Notes under the pieces: generated by a model
The model's database searches: none
Told to the model about the DNA's origin: nothing
The model's input: only the letters and a program-made list of their open reading frames with translations
Program-made: the position numbers and the translations under genes
Shown here: positions 44,710-48,769 of the stretch, piece after piece
Layout: the number at the start of each line of letters is the position of its first letter
Numbering within the stretch: the stretch's first letter is position 1
IMG/VR virus record: IMGVR_UViG_3300037484_000573
Coordinates: 1-48,769 of that record
Strand: one strand, 5' to 3'
Origin: a virus
Taxonomy: Duplodnaviria; Caudoviricetes
Length of the DNA: 48,769 nt

Positions 44710-44920
44710 CTTGCTCCAAAAACACAAAGGTGGCGTACTCGCCATTATCCCAAGCAAGCATTTTACCGTCCATTAAAGCCTCAATATGTTCTCGTTTAAG
44801 TAATATACACTCAGATCCAAAATGATGCCCATATTTGTCGGCTTCTGCTTGCGTTGCGTTTAGGATTATTGCTTTATTCTCTGGGTCAGTCCAATCCAAC
44901 CAACTCATTTGTATTCCCAC
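44690..44920 (-). CDS. hypothetical protein
   Basis: Small ORF overlapping both neighbours. Confidence 0.5.
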   Translation of the reverse strand: MGIQMSWLDWTDPENKAIILNATQAEADKYGHHFGSECILLKREHIEALMDGKMLAWDNGEYATFVFLEQDEPIGP

Positions 44921-45797
44921 TCCTAAGCGCCTCGACTAACCCCGGCTGCAATTCATAGCGTGTTTTGCCTACGTGCCAGCATAGCAACTTGGGCAAGTTG
45001 TAGGGGGATTCGGTTTTAGTCCAATCCTCATCTAACAATGCCCTAGTGTACCATTCGCTCTCTACCATATGTGGTTGCTGCCCATTGCTTTTATTGTAGT
45101 ATGGGATCGTAGGTTCCTCGTGCCAAAACGGGGCATGCATCCGTCGCCGGCCTGGTATCAAATCACGAAATGCACCAAGCAGTGATACGTCGGTTATCAT
45201 CTCATTCGTGAAGTCCCTAATCCCGAATTGTCCTAAGTCACCCCACTGGGGAAACATCTCACCGCCATAGTTGCTACAGATAGCCGCATCCCAACTGCGA
45301 GTTGTGTTCATACCATCCCCCACAAACTCAAAGTTGCGCTTGCCCTCGTTAAAGTCATCCCCCTTTGTACCTACCCGGTGTACTAAGTGAGGGAACCACT
45401 TAACATACTGAAAATTATTGGCATATTGGATGCGCCAAAAGGATAGGTCAAACTTGCCAGCCTCAAACTTTTTAGCCATTAGCCGTAACACGTCCTGATG
45501 CCATATCTCATCAGATTGCCAATAAATGACATGGGGATTATGGCAGAAGTCAACGAGATCATTTGCCAGATGAGCGAATACCCCGGCGTCTTGATAAGGG
45601 AATGAATGTTCAAGTATCAGCTTTACTTTGGGGTTATGGCTGGCTATGTCCTGTAGAAATTCTATTGTGCCATCTTGTGATCCTAAGTCCATTATGACCA
45701 TTTCATCAACAAAGGGCATAAATTGGGCCATTGATTCAGGGAGGCAAAAGCCGCCTGTAAAGGTGTTACGAATGAAGCAGCAGGCAGAGAGATTCAT
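44886..45797 (-). CDS. GT2-like glycosyltransferase
   Basis: LSACCFIRN, FVDEMVIMDLGSQDGT, QSDE (DxD-like). Confidence 0.8.
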   Translation of the reverse strand: MNLSACCFIRNTFTGGFCLPESMAQFMPFVDEMVIMDLGSQDGTIEFLQDIASHNPKVKLILEHSFPYQDAGVFAHLANDLVDFCHNPHVIYWQSDEIWHQDVLRLMAKKFEAGKFDLSFWRIQYANNFQYVKWFPHLVHRVGTKGDDFNEGKRNFEFVGDGMNTTRSWDAAICSNYGGEMFPQWGDLGQFGIRDFTNEMITDVSLLGAFRDLIPGRRRMHAPFWHEEPTIPYYNKSNGQQPHMVESEWYTRALLDEDWTKTESPYNLPKLLCWHVGKTRYELQPGLVEALRSGNTNELVGLD

Positions 45798-46018
45798 TCG
45801 ATAACCTTTAGAGACCTTGCTATATCGCTCAAAGTTTCCTCACTTGTCTTACTGGGTACTTGAATAATTATTTCCAGGTTAGTTAGCAACTCTGCCATTC
45901 TAGCAACAATCAACTTTGAATTATGCCCATCTGTGCCATGTCCAAATTGTTGAGCATAAAACTGACTAAACTCAATCTCTTTTTGTTGTCTTTCATCAAA
46001 TAATTTTAACCAGTTCAT
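45794..46018 (-). CDS. hypothetical protein
   Basis: Coupled ORF. Confidence 0.55.
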   Translation of the reverse strand: MNWLKLFDERQQKEIEFSQFYAQQFGHGTDGHNSKLIVARMAELLTNLEIIIQVPSKTSEETLSDIARSLKVIE

Positions 46019-46257
46019 TTAACACCCTCAATAGGTTTATCAAAGAATGTAATATCATCTACTGAAAGCCAGATGCCATCTTGGGTTTGCATCATACAAC
46101 CCCCAAAGAATCGCCACTCAAAACTTCTGTCTGGGTTTAATTCAGCCAAATTACTACAGAAATTCATTCCAAATATAGTAGAAATCCCAATTATGGGCAG
46201 TATAAAAATACTGATAACTAGAACAACTACTCCTAAAAAACGAAGCAACTCTTTCAT
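46015..46257 (-). CDS. small membrane protein
   Basis: N-terminal TM helix; C..W..FGGC. Confidence 0.55.
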   Translation of the reverse strand: MKELLRFLGVVVLVISIFILPIIGISTIFGMNFCSNLAELNPDRSFEWRFFGGCMMQTQDGIWLSVDDITFFDKPIEGVK

Positions 46258-46258
46258 T

Positions 46259-46642
46259 TTAATATCCTAGTCCATCCAATAAAGATTTTGCAACTGACCA
46301 TCTGGTATAATGAGCACAAATACAAGTGCAAGTTGGGACTAATCTTTGAACCGCCAAACATCTATCAATGTAATCATCAACGAAAAGCTCAATTTGATAC
46401 TCCTGTACTATCTGTGCCTTTCGTTGCCTGATAATTGCCTCATCCATTGTATCACTAAAACTTAGATTGATAGCCCCTGATTTATCGCAAACATATTGAC
46501 GCCTATTATGGTCATATTCGCCGGGATGACAATGGGAGATAAGATAAACCTGATGACCTAAATCAATAAGACGCTGAATAGTGACAATCCATCCCTCTGG
46601 GTCGTTATCCATAACCCCACCGTAATCAAGCCCGATTTTCAC
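46259..46642 (-). CDS. HAD-like protein
   Basis: KIGLDYGGV (variant motif I), YLIS, RKA, LFVDD. Confidence 0.6.
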   Translation of the reverse strand: MKIGLDYGGVMDNDPEGWIVTIQRLIDLGHQVYLISHCHPGEYDHNRRQYVCDKSGAINLSFSDTMDEAIIRQRKAQIVQEYQIELFVDDYIDRCLAVQRLVPTCTCICAHYTRWSVAKSLLDGLGY

Positions 46643-47496
46643 TTCAGGTCCCTTAACCCTTCCTCTACTCCTCTAAACTTTAACCCCAGCGCCTTAACCT
46701 TGCCCAGATCATAAGCCGTATCAATTGGCCGGGGTGCTATCCCCTTTAGCTCACTTGTGGCAATCGGTTCAATTCGATTGCTGTCAACCTTGTTATGTTT
46801 GGCAACGGCCAGGCCAAAATCGTATAGTGTCATATGGTCATCAGAGGCGACATTGTAAATCTGGTTTTTGTCACCCTCAACAAGTTGCCAGATTGCGCTG
46901 GCTACATCCTCCGCTAATGTCGGCTGCCAATATACGTCATTAACGAGCTTAACCGTTTCACCCATTGCCAGCTTTTGAGTAATCGTTGTAAACCAGTTAG
47001 GCCGGCCCCCTGGGTAGGGATAACCGTAAAGCATAAAAGGCCGGATGATTAGCCAGTTATCAGAGATTGCCATAACCAAGTTTTCAGCTTCACGTTTCAG
47101 GCTGCCATAACGGTTGACTGGCACACGCTCTGATAATTCACTGTAGGGAGGATTGTCACCCTTATACACGGCATTGGTAGACAGGTAGACAAAACGCCCC
47201 CTACCCGTTGCCTCAACTACATTGCGAGTACCTAGCACGTTAATATTGTGGCACTCAACAAAGTTGTTTTCGGCATAGTCAACACTGCCAACCGCAGCGC
47301 AATGGATGACTAAATCAGGCTTAACCCGGTCAAAGACATAACCAACTTGAGACTTGTTAGTAATATCTAGGTGGTAGCACGTCAAACCGTCAATGTGATT
47401 AGTAAACCACGTCAAATCAAAGTTGTAATGTGGGCAGGACTTAATCAGATAACGTGCTAAAAGGGAACTACCCCCTGTGATTAGAACTTTCATCAT
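46639..47496 (-). CDS. rmlD: dTDP-4-dehydrorhamnose reductase-like SDR
   Basis: KVLITGGSSLL, KPDLVIHCAA..VDYAE, INVLGT, YLST, PVNRYGSLK, PTLAEDVA, APRP. Confidence 0.8.
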   Translation of the reverse strand: MMKVLITGGSSLLARYLIKSCPHYNFDLTWFTNHIDGLTCYHLDITNKSQVGYVFDRVKPDLVIHCAAVGSVDYAENNFVECHNINVLGTRNVVEATGRGRFVYLSTNAVYKGDNPPYSELSERVPVNRYGSLKREAENLVMAISDNWLIIRPFMLYGYPYPGGRPNWFTTITQKLAMGETVKLVNDVYWQPTLAEDVASAIWQLVEGDKNQIYNVASDDHMTLYDFGLAVAKHNKVDSNRIEPIATSELKGIAPRPIDTAYDLGKVKALGLKFRGVEEGLRDLK

Positions 47497-47639
47497 GGCT
47501 GCAACCAATAGCATAATCCGAGCAGGAATGACAAGCCAATAACAGTAGCAATCCAACCGCGCCTGTCAGCCTCGTTTAATTCAGCCTCTTTGAATTGGTA
47601 ATGTTCGTGTACCGTCTCGGTTATAATGTGCTGCGGCAT
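47493..47639 (-). CDS. small membrane protein
   Basis: MPQHIITE... with a C-terminal TM helix; coupled to the next gene. Confidence 0.45.
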   Translation of the reverse strand: MPQHIITETVHEHYQFKEAELNEADRRGWIATVIGLSFLLGLCYWLQP

Positions 47640-48082
47640 TTTCTCAACCATAAATATAAGTAAATCCATACATACCACATAAACGAGTGATAAACAAAGA
47701 ACCAAGCAAAACGAGCTAGTGTAACTACAGTCAGGATAAGCCAATAAAAAGAGTTTCTAATCCCGCGCTGCCAATAAGGGACAGGTAATGGTAATTGTGT
47801 TTTCTCGCCTGTGGTACAATCATAATCAGTTACTCGCCCATGATCCTTGCAGATATAAACAAGCTTGTTATCTAGTGACATATCTAAGTAGGGCATGAGT
47901 GGTACAAGATTAAAGATAAAATCCCGCTTGCGACCGCAAATGTAACAATTGGGCCATCCATTGTAGTAATAGGCATCATAAGCGCCCTGCAATCCTCTGG
48001 CCCAATACCAGCAGTCACAAAATAGCCTTTTAAGGGATGGTCTAAACTCAATGATTATGTGTGCATTTTCGCTTATGTCCAT
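47621..48082 (-). CDS. hypothetical protein (CxxC, C-terminal TM)
   Basis: CYIC, CKDH, hydrophobic tail. Confidence 0.5.
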   Translation of the reverse strand: MDISENAHIIIEFRPSLKRLFCDCWYWARGLQGAYDAYYYNGWPNCYICGRKRDFIFNLVPLMPYLDMSLDNKLVYICKDHGRVTDYDCTTGEKTQLPLPVPYWQRGIRNSFYWLILTVVTLARFAWFFVYHSFMWYVWIYLYLWLRKCRSTL

Positions 48083-48236
48083 ATGTCACAATTACCTTAC
48101 CCTTAACTTCACCGTCAACCTCTATTGCCTCATACTTGGCAATGAGGATTGTTTCAGTGGTATCACGGATGATACCCACTTTGCCAACCTCGTAAATAAT
48201 GTCTTTTGGCAAGTCAAAGATTTGACCGACTTTCAT
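48048..48236 (-). CDS. hypothetical protein
   Basis: Coupled ORF. Confidence 0.5.
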   Translation of the reverse strand: MKVGQIFDLPKDIIYEVGKVGIIRDTTETILIAKYEAIEVDGEVKGKVIVTYGHKRKCTHNH

Positions 48237-48463
48237 TAGTGCTTTCCATTTAGAAAAAGCTGTATTCTTTTGTCAATATACTTGTTGATTGCTCGTTCTA
48301 AACTCTTTAGAGCCATTTGTTGAGACATCTCATCTGCCTTTTCATCAGGCATTTGACGTTCTCTACTATTCATAGCTCGCAACTCAACTTTATTGTAATG
48401 CTTTATTAAGCGCATTATTTCTTTCATTAGCAATGTCCACTTTGCCCCATTGGAAAGTAACAA
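48236..48463 (-). CDS. hypothetical protein
   Basis: Coupled ORF. Confidence 0.45.
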   Translation of the reverse strand: MLLSNGAKWTLLMKEIMRLIKHYNKVELRAMNSRERQMPDEKADEMSQQMALKSLERAINKYIDKRIQLFLNGKH

Positions 48464-48678
48464 TGGTTATCATCCCTAAACCATTCTAGCCAGTCGAGCA
48501 AACCAATGCGCCAAATTGCATTTGAGTCGCTATCGGGCAAGGGCACAAAAGTATCGTTGGCAATGTTCCAGTTGTAACAATTATACCGTAATTCCGTACT
48601 CGGCATAGTTTGTGTAATACGAACCATCTTCATTAAACCTGTTGTGATGAAAATAGCGATAATCAGGCCCAAGTACAT
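48427..48678 (-). CDS. hypothetical membrane protein
   Basis: Hydrophobic N-terminus; may extend upstream. Confidence 0.4.
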   Translation of the reverse strand: MYLGLIIAIFITTGLMKMVRITQTMPSTELRYNCYNWNIANDTFVPLPDSDSNAIWRIGLLDWLEWFRDDNHCYFPMGQSGHC

Positions 48679-48769
48679 AACGATACCTGCCAGCCGATTT
48701 ACAGTAGTAATGTATCCGGCCCTCTAGCATTGCATGGTATTCGGGCATCTCAGGATAGTCCCTCGGATT

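Noticed and set aside
36274-47496. Glycan cluster as host chromosomal DNA flanking a prophage
   Set aside because: It is interleaved with phage-type small genes (DUF551, homing endonuclease), abuts the virion genes without a break, and lacks flippase or polymerase genes.
1-48769. Retron/DGR, integrase, IS element or stop-codon reassignment
   Set aside because: No reverse transcriptase, recombinase or transposase motifs were seen, and long genes are intact and tightly packed under the standard code.

Overview
This window is about 49 kb of a tailed (siphovirus-like) phage genome. The host is inferred to be Chloroflexota, from a signal peptide plus 'YLPII' motif in a tail gene. Left to right: (1) a leftward DNA-modification/replication operon with the 5' end of queE, a DpdA/TGT-like protein, an SNF2 helicase-DNA methyltransferase fusion, Prim-Pol, GIY-YIG and an XRE regulator; (2) a rightward recombination/replication operon (SWIM, ERCC4, RecT-like, J-domain, VWA, D5/P4 helicase) followed by an iteron-like origin; (3) a ~1.3 kb non-coding cluster with tRNA(CAT) and several unexplained RNA structures; (4) accessory genes including a membrane/FtsK-like module and a ~300-nt structured leader RNA; (5) a leftward tail module with a predicted +1 frameshifted chaperone; (6) an ~11 kb glycan cluster (glycosyltransferases, four SAM methyltransferases, GDP-fucose synthase, RmlD-like reductase) co-oriented with and abutting the virion genes. 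No terminase, portal, capsid, lysin or integrase is recognisable in the window. All calls come from reading motifs by eye; no searches were run.
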